Made by a program: the position numbers and the translations under genes | Source of the DNA: Cyanidioschyzon merolae | Lineage: Eukaryota | DNA length: 64,000 nt | Assembly: GCA_000091205.1 (NCBI GenBank) | Contig: AP006486.2 | Strand: one strand, 5' to 3' | The notes under the pieces: model-generated | Databases searched by the model: none | What the model was told of the DNA's origin: nothing | Seen by the model: only the letters and a program-made list of their open reading frames with translations | Shown: positions 55,104 to 64,000 of the stretch, one piece after another | Layout of the letters: every line of letters begins with the position of its first letter | Position numbering within the stretch: position 1 is the first letter of the stretch

Positions 55104-56373
55104 CACGACAGCGTGTGCCCTGGAACGAGATTGTCGGAGAGGGCGCGTCAGTCGCTCGAAGAGCGACACGCAGGCGTCCGCGTCGTTCGCGTGCGTTCCA
55201 GCGAACGGGACTTTAATGTATATTGCTATACAAATAATGACACTCGTGGTGCCGACAGCCTTGCGCACCCGCGCGCCCCCTCAAGCAGCACATCCGGCGC
55301 CTGATGTGCGATCCAGCGAGGCCTGCACCGTTGAACACAATTCGCAGTCAACTGGGTCATACCTGCATAATCATAGACAACGATTCACAGCGCGACGCAT
55401 ACTGGTCGTCTCGGGGGATGCAGCGCCCGATCAGCACGCGATGTGCGTAGCGTGTGTATGCGAGCTTTTTCGCACCATATCTGCGTTCACTTGCTAGCTC
55501 GAAAGAGCGCGTTCAGAAACCGCAGAGCCGCGCATGTGAACGCGATCACGCGCTCGGCACAGCATCCTGCAATCATGGACAATGGCGCTCGAGCCGTAGA
55601 CAGGTAAGCAGCGTCTACGGCCTGTTGCCGCGCGGTCTGTGACCTCCAGCGCGGCACCAACCGTGGTACGCAAGGCTGAGATCTGCGCCTTTACCCTCTG
55701 AGGCTGCAAACCAGAGTCCCAGTCGAGAAGACACCCGCTCTAACGCCCTATGCTGTTCCACCTGAGCTCCAGATGTTATCGATAAAGAATCCCTGTGAAC
55801 GGCATCGCGCTTCCTCCGGTACGCCAAGACGCAGCTGCCTTCACAGTCTCTCATGGCGAACAGAGCGTCGAGTGCGCGATTCGTGCCAACATCACGAGTC
55901 TCTTGTGCACGAGAAGCGTGGAATGCGTCGAGCACAAAGGTCGACCCCATGCCAGCGCCCTCCCCGAGCCTGCATCCGTACCAGGCGACGATGGCATGTA
56001 GCTAGCCCACCATGCACCCAAGCGGTAACGCGTCAGCGACAGTGCCGCCGCCGCCGCCGCTGGCGCTGGCGCTGGCGCCTGCAGTCGCTGTGAACGCGCC
56101 ACAAGGGCCAGTCTGCAGGATGCTGTGTAAATGCGACAATCCGGTCCCAACGGCTGAACGTGCTGGCGACGCTCGTTGGCATCCGCTTCTGACTCTAGGT
56201 GCTATGCCTCCGGAGACCTACGTGCGGCAGGGACAGTGCCAACTCGGTGCATAGCGGCGTTTCCGAAGAGGTTGTCACGGCGGAAACGGGTCACTGGTTA
56301 GCGCTGAGATCATCAGTGAAGTCGAGAGTAGCCTGGGTGACACGGGTTTGCGGCAAAGATAGAAATCAAGGAG

Positions 56374-58083
56374 ATGGAGGGTGAACCACCGCGCACCACG
56401 AGCGAGAACGAGATGACGACTAGCAACGAGGCTGAAGAGTCAGCGTTCGAGCTTCATTTCAAAAGCAGTACGGGTAGCAAGTTTACGCTGCCTGTCCAAG
56501 ACCTTGAAGAAAAGATCGAGGCACTGAAGCAACGTTTAGCGGAACCGAGTGGCTTCGCGCCCGAGACAATGCGCGTCATCTACAAGGGTCGAGTCCTGAA
56601 GGACGCTGAAACTTTACGGGAGCTTCAGGAAAAATATGGACTCGAGTCTGGACATACCATGCACTTGGTACGTGGCGTTCGTCCAGCTGCGGCGCCTGCC
56701 GGAGCACCGACGGGGAGCGCGCTCCCCGGCGTCGGTGGCCCGGTACCAGCGACTCCCGCTAGTGCGGCCTCATCCGCGCCTTCACTTGGGTCTTCTGCCG
56801 GAAGTGCGGGAAATCTCGCAGGTTCAACGCCAACGCCGTCGAGTGCCGGCTTTGATATGTTTGGGCAAGCACGCGCAGCTACTTGGAACGGAACAGCGGC
56901 GAACGCGAGCGCAGCCACTGGTGCTCCCCTGGGCTACGCACCAGATGCTGCCTCAACCGGGGCAAACGTCGGTAGTGCTGGTGCTGGTGGTGGATCCTCT
57001 TCTATGCAACGACTCCAACAGCAAATGCAGCAGGCGCTGCTTGCGAATCCGAACGCGATGCAGGAGATCCTCAGTAGCCCCTTGATGGAATCCATGGCGG
57101 AGAATCCCGAACTCATGCGGGCGTTGATGATGGCGAACCCGCAGATTCGGGAAATGATCAACCAGAATCCCGAGATCGGTCATGTTTTGAATGACCCAGG
57201 AGTCCTGCGCCAGACATTACAGCTGATGCGTAATCCTCACCTCATGCAGGAAATGATGCGCACAAGTGACCGAGCAATGGCTAATATCGAGTCGATGCCA
57301 GGAGGTTTCGACGCGCTGCGGCGTCTCTACACGGACATCCAAGGACCTCTGGAATCCAGCGGGCCCATGGCACCAGGTGCCGGTGCCAGCACTTTCACGA
57401 GAGCCACTCCGTCGAATCCGACTAGTAGTGACACTGGAAATGGGCGTTCCTCGACGACGCTACCGTTGCCGCCGTCATGGGCGGCAGGCGCCACTCCAGC
57501 AACCACTGGCAACAATGGCAGCCAGATGCCTTGGTCTAGTCCAGACCTGTCGGAAGAGGCGGCAGTTCGGGCAACGCGAGCTATTTTGGATAACCCGGAG
57601 CTGTTCCGCCTCACCCAGGAGCAGTTCATCGCCTCTGACACGTTCCTGCTCGCGAATCCAATGGTGTCGGCGATGGCGGCCATGAACCCGCAGATGATGC
57701 AAGCGCTCCAGGACGTCCAGTTTCGACGAAATCTCTTTACGAGAGAATTTTTCGAGTCCACGCTTGCGATGCAGGAGGCACAACTGCGCTTTCGACGGGC
57801 GATTCACCAGGCGTTGCTCCAGAGCGGGTACGACCCGGCGATTGCAACGACACCGCAACCCATGGCTTCGGCAACAGCTGGTGGACCACGGCAAACCCGT
57901 GGTGCGACATTTACAGATCCGACGGCTCAGATGACGCGTGAACAATTGGAGCAACATTTTGCGACCCAGTTGCAACAGATGCGGGAAATGGGTTTCTTCG
58001 ATACAGATGCCTGTATCGCGGCGTTGCGTGCGACCGGGGGAAACGTAGCGGCCGCTTTGGATCGGCTCCTGAACGGTTCCTAA
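56374..58083 (+). CDS. DSK2: Ubiquilin / Dsk2-type UBL-UBA shuttle protein (N-terminal ubiquitin-like domain, STI1 repeats, C-terminal UBA)
   Basis: UBL: LHFKSSTGSKFTLPVQDLEEKIEALKQRLAEPSGFAPETMRVIYKGRVLKDAETLRELQEKYGLESGHTMHLV. STI1: NPELMRALMMANPQIREMINQNPEIGHVLNDPGVLRQTLQLMRNP.LMQEMMRT.DRAM.NIES.PGGF..L.R.Y. UBA: LQQMREMGFFDTDACIAALRATGGNVAAALDRLL. ATG verified at 56374. Confidence 0.85.
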   Translation: MEGEPPRTTSENEMTTSNEAEESAFELHFKSSTGSKFTLPVQDLEEKIEALKQRLAEPSGFAPETMRVIYKGRVLKDAETLRELQEKYGLESGHTMHLVRGVRPAAAPAGAPTGSALPGVGGPVPATPASAASSAPSLGSSAGSAGNLAGSTPTPSSAGFDMFGQARAATWNGTAANASAATGAPLGYAPDAASTGANVGSAGAGGGSSSMQRLQQQMQQALLANPNAMQEILSSPLMESMAENPELMRALMMANPQIREMINQNPEIGHVLNDPGVLRQTLQLMRNPHLMQEMMRTSDRAMANIESMPGGFDALRRLYTDIQGPLESSGPMAPGAGASTFTRATPSNPTSSDTGNGRSSTTLPLPPSWAAGATPATTGNNGSQMPWSSPDLSEEAAVRATRAILDNPELFRLTQEQFIASDTFLLANPMVSAMAAMNPQMMQALQDVQFRRNLFTREFFESTLAMQEAQLRFRRAIHQALLQSGYDPAIATTPQPMASATAGGPRQTRGATFTDPTAQMTREQLEQHFATQLQQMREMGFFDTDACIAALRATGGNVAAALDRLLNGS

Positions 58084-58588
58084 ACCGTGATCATTCATGG
58101 ATTGAATCTACAGGTTCGTGAACGGGCTTGGACTGCTATGCGCAAAAGAAGACGCCCTGGGCGTGCGTGCTGTGTCCCCGGTTTCTGACACGGCCTGTGC
58201 GACCCTCGCACTGCTGTTGCTGGTACGCACAGACCTGTTCGCGGGATTCGCGTACCACCAGCACTGAGGATGTAGGAGGTGCTGCGCATCAGTGCTCAGA
58301 GGCTGGCGAGAGGCCGCTTGCGAGCTTTCCGTGAGCCAATGCTCTTCGTCACTGCATCGTTGATAGATGGAGGGGCATCCCGTAAATGTCATGTGGGATT
58401 GCGTACTTCGTGACTGTGCTGCAACGGCGGGGCCTGGTCGATTGTTCCGCCGGAAGCTGCACATTGGTTGCGGCAATGCCCTGAGGACTATCCTGCTCTC
58501 CGCGCACCAGATCGAGGTTTCTTCACGCGGTGCACGCCTCGGGAAGTGGTGTCCAGTGTACGCAGGTCGTATCATGCAGTAAACTCAG

Positions 58589-59613
58589 GTCAACGTGAAA
58601 AAGTATGGATCCACTTTGCTGACTCTTGCGTACGCTGTAATATCTGGGTATCTTGTCGTTGTTGTTACACCAACACCACTCATTTCACGATACGCCCCCT
58701 GGCTGCTCTTTTTTGCAGTCTTGGACAATCCGCTTCACATACGGGCGTATCTAGTGTCCATCCGGCGCCGTCGCAAGCAGTCGCAGAATGCTCCGATACA
58801 AACAAACGTCCCGATATGGGTGCTTCCTGCGTTAGCCAGCGCACCGGGTACGGACTGGCAGGAGTCGCAGTCTACGCTTCGCTTGCCGTGCTCATTCTCG
58901 TTGTATACAATATCAATGCGCTCGTCGCAGCGCAGACTGCGTGGGCTCTATCAGGTGTTTCTGTTTGCGTACTAGCGCGCTCCCTGAGACGATTGCCCTC
59001 TCGCGCTGCACAGCTTGCGTTATCGCTCGGTAGACGCACTGTGGGCAGGTACAGGAGACTCTTGGGGATACCGTTGACCGTCTCCTCGCCCGGGTACTCT
59101 GGCCTAGGGTCACGAGCGTCCGCTGTGCCATTCACTAGGCGAGGGCGTTGTACGCTGTCCGGTGCATGCGCAAGTGCACACTGTTGCATTCGAGAGTGGA
59201 TTTGCATCACGTGATGTTCCCCATGAGCACGAGACAAGTGCCGCAGGGACTAGTCAGTGTCGTGAACAATTCGAGAGGTGTCGATCCGTCGACGCTCGCT
59301 CTGTGCACCGCACGATCACACGCTCAGCTGGAAGTGATCGCTGCGATGCCTGCATTCCTGGTCCCTGGATCGTTCACGATACTTGAAGCAAAGACGGCAG
59401 ACGCGGGGCACGTATCGCACCCGAGGACGCATGCTGGTATGGAATGCCGTCTCGTCGATGGCCGCAGCCAAAGGCAGCATCGTGTCTCGAACGGCACTGA
59501 ATGCCTGGCGAAGCAAGATCAGCGAATGTGTCGCATGACCATGAGTGCACAAGTCGCCAACGGAAGACGTCGAGTACGGTTCGTGGTCCATCCAGAGACG
59601 CGATTTACCGCAC
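58589..59613. repeat. Direct repeat R, copy A (at least 1025 bp), 3' of LepA; it contains a box-1 copy of the dispersed element family
   Basis: Colinear with 62976..64000 at a constant offset of 4387 bp with only scattered substitutions (about 97% identity) and no indels noticed. It may extend beyond 59613, but copy B is cut by the window end. Confidence 0.9.
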
Positions 59614-59991
59614 CTGCGAGGCGCCACAGACCAGGAAGATCGAGGACTTGAAATATGAGCGATTTGGGCATGCCCTATGGATCGAGAGGAAAAACGCAGA
59701 TACTCGTGTGTATGCATTGGGTAAGGATCTCGGATACTTTACGAACCAGTGTCCGACGGCGTCGTGTATCATCTCGATTCCGTTCACGCACCGAATGCCA
59801 GCACCACAAGACTCGAAAGCGTCACGCTAACACAGACTACGACCGAGGATCCCGGAACCAGGTCTGAACCTGTGAGCACATCTCGGTGCACTTGGAATGT
59901 CCGTACAGTACGTCTTGACCTGGGTTCTGAATAGAATCGCAAGGCGCAAAAACACCCATCCGTCCAGTGTTCTGGTCTCATTTATGAGGCA

Positions 59992-62313
59992 TTAGGAAGC
60001 GGCGTCACGTTTCGCCGTCAGAATCGCTCGAAACGCCTCCTTCGGCACGCGAATGCCGCTTGCGAGGGCTCGTTCCGCGGCGATTTTCTTTCCTCGTTTT
60101 TGTTTTTCGAGCAGTTTCTTCTTGCGTGTGACGTCGCCACCGTACAACTTGGCGGTCACGTCCTTCCGCAGCGCGTTCAGATGCTCGGAGGCAATGACCT
60201 TGGACCCAATACGCGCTTGGATGGCGACTTTGAACTGTTGACGCGGGACGATCTCCAAGAGTCGCTGACACAGACTCCGTCCAATCGCTTGTGCCGCTGA
60301 TTGATGACAGATGACGCTCATGGCGTCCACAACTTCACCGTGAATGGAGATGTCGAGCTTCACCAGGTCACTCGCTCGATACCCAACCAGGCGATAGTCG
60401 AGGCCAGCGAAGCCCTTGCTCCGCGACTTGAGCTGGTCGAAAAAGTCACTCACCATCTCCCCCAGGGCCATCTCGTAAATGAGCACCACCCGGGATTCGG
60501 TGAGGAAGCGCATGTCGAGGAACTCGCCACGACGGCTCTGGGCGAGCTCCATGAGCGATCCCACGTACTCTGCTGGTGTGATCATTTCGATACGCACATA
60601 GGGTTCCTCGATTCGTTCAATATTCGTCGGTGGCGGCAACTTGCACGGATTGTCGATCTCGAGGACCTCGCCGCTGGTCGTATGAACGCGGTAGACAACC
60701 GAAGGTGCCGTCGTCACAAGATCGAGGTCGTATTCTGTCTCGAGGCGCTCGATGACCACATCGAGATGGAGCAGGCCCAGAAAACCGCAACGGAAGCCAA
60801 AGCCCAGTGCCGGCGAGTTTTCGTTTTCATAGTAGAGCGCAGCGTCGTTGAGTTTCAGTTTTTCGAGAGCATCTCGTAACTGGTTATACATGCTTGCATC
60901 GGCGGGGAAGATACCGCTGAACACCATCGGCTTGACCTCTTTGTAGCCCGGAAGCGGTTCAGATGCAGGATGGCGTGCTAGGGTAATCGTGTCGCCAACG
61001 CGAGCGTGCGCTACGGTTTTGATGCCAGCCACCAGGTAGCCGACCTCGCCAACGGACAGCTCTTCGACAGGAAGCGGTTTCGGTGTGAAAACGCCAATTT
61101 CATCGACGTCGTATTCGCGGCCATTCGCCATAAAGCGAATACGATCCGACTTGCGTAAGGTACCGTCAACGATACGAAAGTAGACCACGACTCCGCGATA
61201 ATCGTCATAGGCGCTATCGAATATGAGCGCGCGGAGCGGGGCATTCTCGTCGCGGACTCGGGGTGGCGGAATCCGTTTCACGATTGCCTCCAGTGTCTCT
61301 TCGATGCCAATACCCAGTTTCGCCGAGGTCCGAACTGCATCGCGCATATCAATACCGATGACCTGCTCGACCTCCTGGGATGCCTGCTCTGGCTGCGCTG
61401 CCGGCAGATCTATTTTGTTCAGAATTGGGACGATCTCCAAATTGTTCTCCATCGCCAGGTACGCATTCGCGAGTGTCTGCGCCTCGACACCCTTGGTCGC
61501 ATCCACCAGCAGAAGTGCACCCTCGCACGCTTGCAGTGAACGAGAGACCTCATAGGAAAAATCCACATGGCCCGGTGTGTCGATCAGGTTCAGCACATAA
61601 GTCTGGCCGTCGTGTGCGGTATAGTTCATTCGCGCTGCCTGCAGCTTCACCGTAATCCCTCGCTCACGCTCCAGTTCCAGCGAGTCAAGGTATTGCTCTC
61701 GCATCTCACGCGCACTTACTGCGCCTGTTCGTTCGAGTAGCCGGTCCGCCAGGGTAGATTTGCCCGCGTCCACGTGAGCAGTAATAGAAAAGTTTCGAAT
61801 GCGCGACGGTGGTACCCGGATCAGGCGTCCCTGTGGCTGCGCGTGTTGTTCACCATCTGTTTGGAAGGGCGGCGTTGGTGCCACTGGCTTCGACGGTGTC
61901 TCACGTGTTGTGTTCTGTGGCAGCGACTGCTGAGCTCTCAGACTGAGAGCGCGTCCCGAGTCTCGCGCACACCTCTTCAAGTCTAGCGGGAGTCGAGCTC
62001 TATCTGCAAATGCTGCTGGTAACAGAGCGCACTGCCGCCAGTTCATATGGCGTCGAAACACGTTGTATAGCGTCGGACTCATGACGGCAAAGGCAAGTGC
62101 TGGTGCCTGCCAACGCCCCGAAAGCCGATCCCGCTCCGAGTTCGTAGGGAGCACGCCCGACCTACTGGTGCCAGTTCCGCTGCGCAGGCACTGCACACGC
62201 CCGGCACACGCCAAGGCGCGTGCCTCTGAAGGAAGCTGGCGCTCGGGGACTATACGCTGCGGTTCGTACGCACACTGGCCTCTACTTGGAACGCGTTCAG
62301 CATTGGTATGCAT
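59992..62313 (-). CDS. GUF1: Translation factor LepA/EF4 (GUF1-type organellar GTPase) with a ~170-aa N-terminal extension (presequence)
   Basis: [22 protein letters not shown]...[22 protein letters not shown]...[43 protein letters not shown]...[12 protein letters not shown] and a C-terminal ...[15 protein letters not shown] match LepA throughout. ATG verified at 62313, though a later Met could be the true start. Confidence 0.85.
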   Translation of the reverse strand: MHTNAERVPSRGQCAYEPQRIVPERQLPSEARALACAGRVQCLRSGTGTSRSGVLPTNSERDRLSGRWQAPALAFAVMSPTLYNVFRRHMNWRQCALLPAAFADRARLPLDLKRCARDSGRALSLRAQQSLPQNTTRETPSKPVAPTPPFQTDGEQHAQPQGRLIRVPPSRIRNFSITAHVDAGKSTLADRLLERTGAVSAREMREQYLDSLELERERGITVKLQAARMNYTAHDGQTYVLNLIDTPGHVDFSYEVSRSLQACEGALLLVDATKGVEAQTLANAYLAMENNLEIVPILNKIDLPAAQPEQASQEVEQVIGIDMRDAVRTSAKLGIGIEETLEAIVKRIPPPRVRDENAPLRALIFDSAYDDYRGVVVYFRIVDGTLRKSDRIRFMANGREYDVDEIGVFTPKPLPVEELSVGEVGYLVAGIKTVAHARVGDTITLARHPASEPLPGYKEVKPMVFSGIFPADASMYNQLRDALEKLKLNDAALYYENENSPALGFGFRCGFLGLLHLDVVIERLETEYDLDLVTTAPSVVYRVHTTSGEVLEIDNPCKLPPPTNIERIEEPYVRIEMITPAEYVGSLMELAQSRRGEFLDMRFLTESRVVLIYEMALGEMVSDFFDQLKSRSKGFAGLDYRLVGYRASDLVKLDISIHGEVVDAMSVICHQSAAQAIGRSLCQRLLEIVPRQQFKVAIQARIGSKVIASEHLNALRKDVTAKLYGGDVTRKKKLLEKQKRGKKIAAERALASGIRVPKEAFRAILTAKRDAAS

Positions 62314-62975
62314 GACACTAAGCGTGTCCGAGTCTACGAGTACCGTTCACCGGAACGACAGGCAATTAGAGACGCACTGCTCGTGTTCTCTACGAGAGCA
62401 CGTCAACGACCACTCCCTGCCCTGAGACCCAACGAAGCCAACGAAGTTCTGTGTCAGTGAGCGGTCGTGGTAGATACCCCTGCTGCAAAGCAACGCAAAG
62501 CAACAGCACCGTAATAAAGTGGCAACAGAAACGTTTCCCTGAGGCCGAACACCAGCACAACGCCTGCGCCTGTAGTCCGGCGATACAGCGCACGGCCGGC
62601 GCCAGTACCGCAACAGGCCGTACAGGCTGGCAAGTGCGTCGCCGTGCCCGGGTTCAGTGGACGGATCCGGTGCTGTGCTTGCAGCGTGATGCTCACGTTG
62701 GATGGACACGAATGGATAGCACTGGAAGAAAAGAGTGAGAGACGAGACTTCGACGCCTCTGCAAGGCCAATGCGTGCGCACAGTGGAGCACTCGCTCTGG
62801 GTAAACGGTAACAAGTCGAAATCGCACCCTAGGGGTACGGCACGGGTAGCTGCGATATCTTCGTTCGGCATCGCGAACGAGCTACGAACGTGCAATGCGA
62901 GTGTCTGTATGACGACAGGAGAGATACGTGGGATATCACGCTGGAGCGCTGCTGACTGCGTTGCGTTGTACGCGT

Positions 62976-64000
62976 GTCAACGTGAAAAAGTATGGATCCA
63001 CTTTGCTGTCTCTGGCGTACGCTGTAATATCTGGGTATCTTGTCGTTGTTGTTTCACCAACACCACTCATTTCACGATACGCCCCCTGGCTGCTCTTTTT
63101 TGCAGTCTTGGACAATCCGCTTCACATACGGGCATATCTAGTGTCTATCCGGCGCCGTCGCAAGCAGTCGCAGAATGCTCCGATACAAATAAACGTCCCG
63201 ATATGGGTGCTTCCTGCGTTAGCCAGCGCACCGGGTACGGACTGGCAGGAGTCGCAGTCTACGCTTCGCTTGCCGTGCTCATTCTCGTTGTATACAATAT
63301 CAATGCGCTCGTCGCAGCGCGGACTGCGTGGGCTCTATCAGGTGTTTCTGTTTGCGTACTAGCGCGCTCCCTGAGACGATTGCCCTCTCGCGCTGCACAG
63401 CTTGCGTTATCGCTCGGTAGACGCACTGTGGGCAGGTACAGGAGACTCTTGGGGATACCGTTGACCGTCTCTTCGCCCGGGTGCTCTGGCCTAGGGTCAC
63501 GAGCGTCCGCTGTGCCATTCACTAGGCGAGGACGCTGTACGCTGTCCGGTGCATGCGCAAGTGCACACTGTTGCATTCGAGAGTGGATTTGCATCACGTG
63601 ATGTTCCCCATGAGCACGAGACAAGTGCCGCAGGGACTAGTCAGTGTCGTGAACAATTCGAGAGGTGTCGATCCGTCGACGCTCGCTCTGTGCACCGCAC
63701 GATCACACGCTCAGCTGGAAGTGATCGCTGCGCTGCCTGCATTCCTGGTCCCTGGATCGTTCTCGATGCTTGAAGCAAAGACGGCAGACGCGGGACACGT
63801 ATCGCACCCGAGAACGCATGCTGGTATGGAATGTCGTCTCGTCGATGGCCGCAGACCAAGGCAGCATCGTGTCTCGAACGGCACTGAATGCCTGGCGAAG
63901 CATGATCAGCGAATGTGTCGCATGACCATGAGTGCACAAGTCGCCAACGGAAGACGTCGAGTACGGTTCGTGGTCCATCCAGAGACGCGATTTACCGCAC
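62976..64000. repeat. Direct repeat R, copy B, 5' of LepA; runs to the window end
   Basis: See copy A. Confidence 0.9.

Noticed and set aside
58589-64000. LTR-retrotransposon interpretation of the direct repeats flanking 59992-62313
   Set aside because: The internal region encodes a full-length conserved LepA/GUF1 GTPase with no gag/pol/RT motifs. The repeats lack obvious TG...CA termini.
1-64000. tRNA, rRNA and CRISPR features
   Set aside because: No GGTTCGANTCC-type T-loop/cloverleaf candidates, no rRNA-like conserved blocks and no short direct-repeat/spacer arrays were seen on manual scanning. The window reads as protein-coding nuclear DNA of a eukaryote.

Overview
High-GC (about 55-60%) nuclear DNA from an intron-poor photosynthetic eukaryote. 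It is not prokaryotic: it carries uninterrupted ORFs of 3-6 kb encoding multidomain eukaryotic proteins (KMT2/SET1-type methyltransferase, TKL kinase, ubiquilin, coatomer epsilon, V-ATPase D, WD40) and many poly-Q/poly-Ala/Thr-Pro tracts. The window opens with three degenerate CCCCCCATT units, the C-strand of the AATGGGGGG telomere repeat I recall for Cyanidioschyzon merolae. It also encodes plastid-pathway enzymes (light-dependent protochlorophyllide reductase, an MPBQ/MSBQ-methyltransferase VTE3/E37-like protein) and has about one gene per 3-4 kb with no evident introns. A chromosome-end (subtelomeric) region of a cyanidiophyte red alga is therefore the best guess; this is an inference, not verified. 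Genes sit in GC-rich blocks separated by AT-richer islands (1-3379, 6665-9590, 10620-14440, 26200-30050, 33700-36200, 38850-43390, 49100-52600). These islands hold no intact conserved genes. They contain decayed ORF chains, two degraded TnpB/Fanzor-like (IS200/605 OrfB family, RuvC-III 'RDVNAAIN') relics, and a dispersed ~0.3 kb repeat family with conserved coding potential. Confident genes: a secreted Kelch-propeller/mucin-linker/trefoil-domain protein, a frameshifted LPOR copy, a KMT2/SET1-type PHD-SET protein, an HtrA protease, V-ATPase subunit D (with a poly-Ala insertion), VTE3-like methyltransferase, coatomer epsilon, TSR3, TMBIM/Bax-inhibitor, ubiquilin and LepA/GUF1. One 1446-aa protein fuses a TIR-like domain to a TKL kinase. 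LepA is flanked by >1 kb direct repeats about 97% identical; the second copy runs to the window end. The ORF track uses TTG/GTG as starts, so several starts were moved to the first in-frame ATG; all start coordinates are approximate. No rRNA, tRNA or CRISPR was found.
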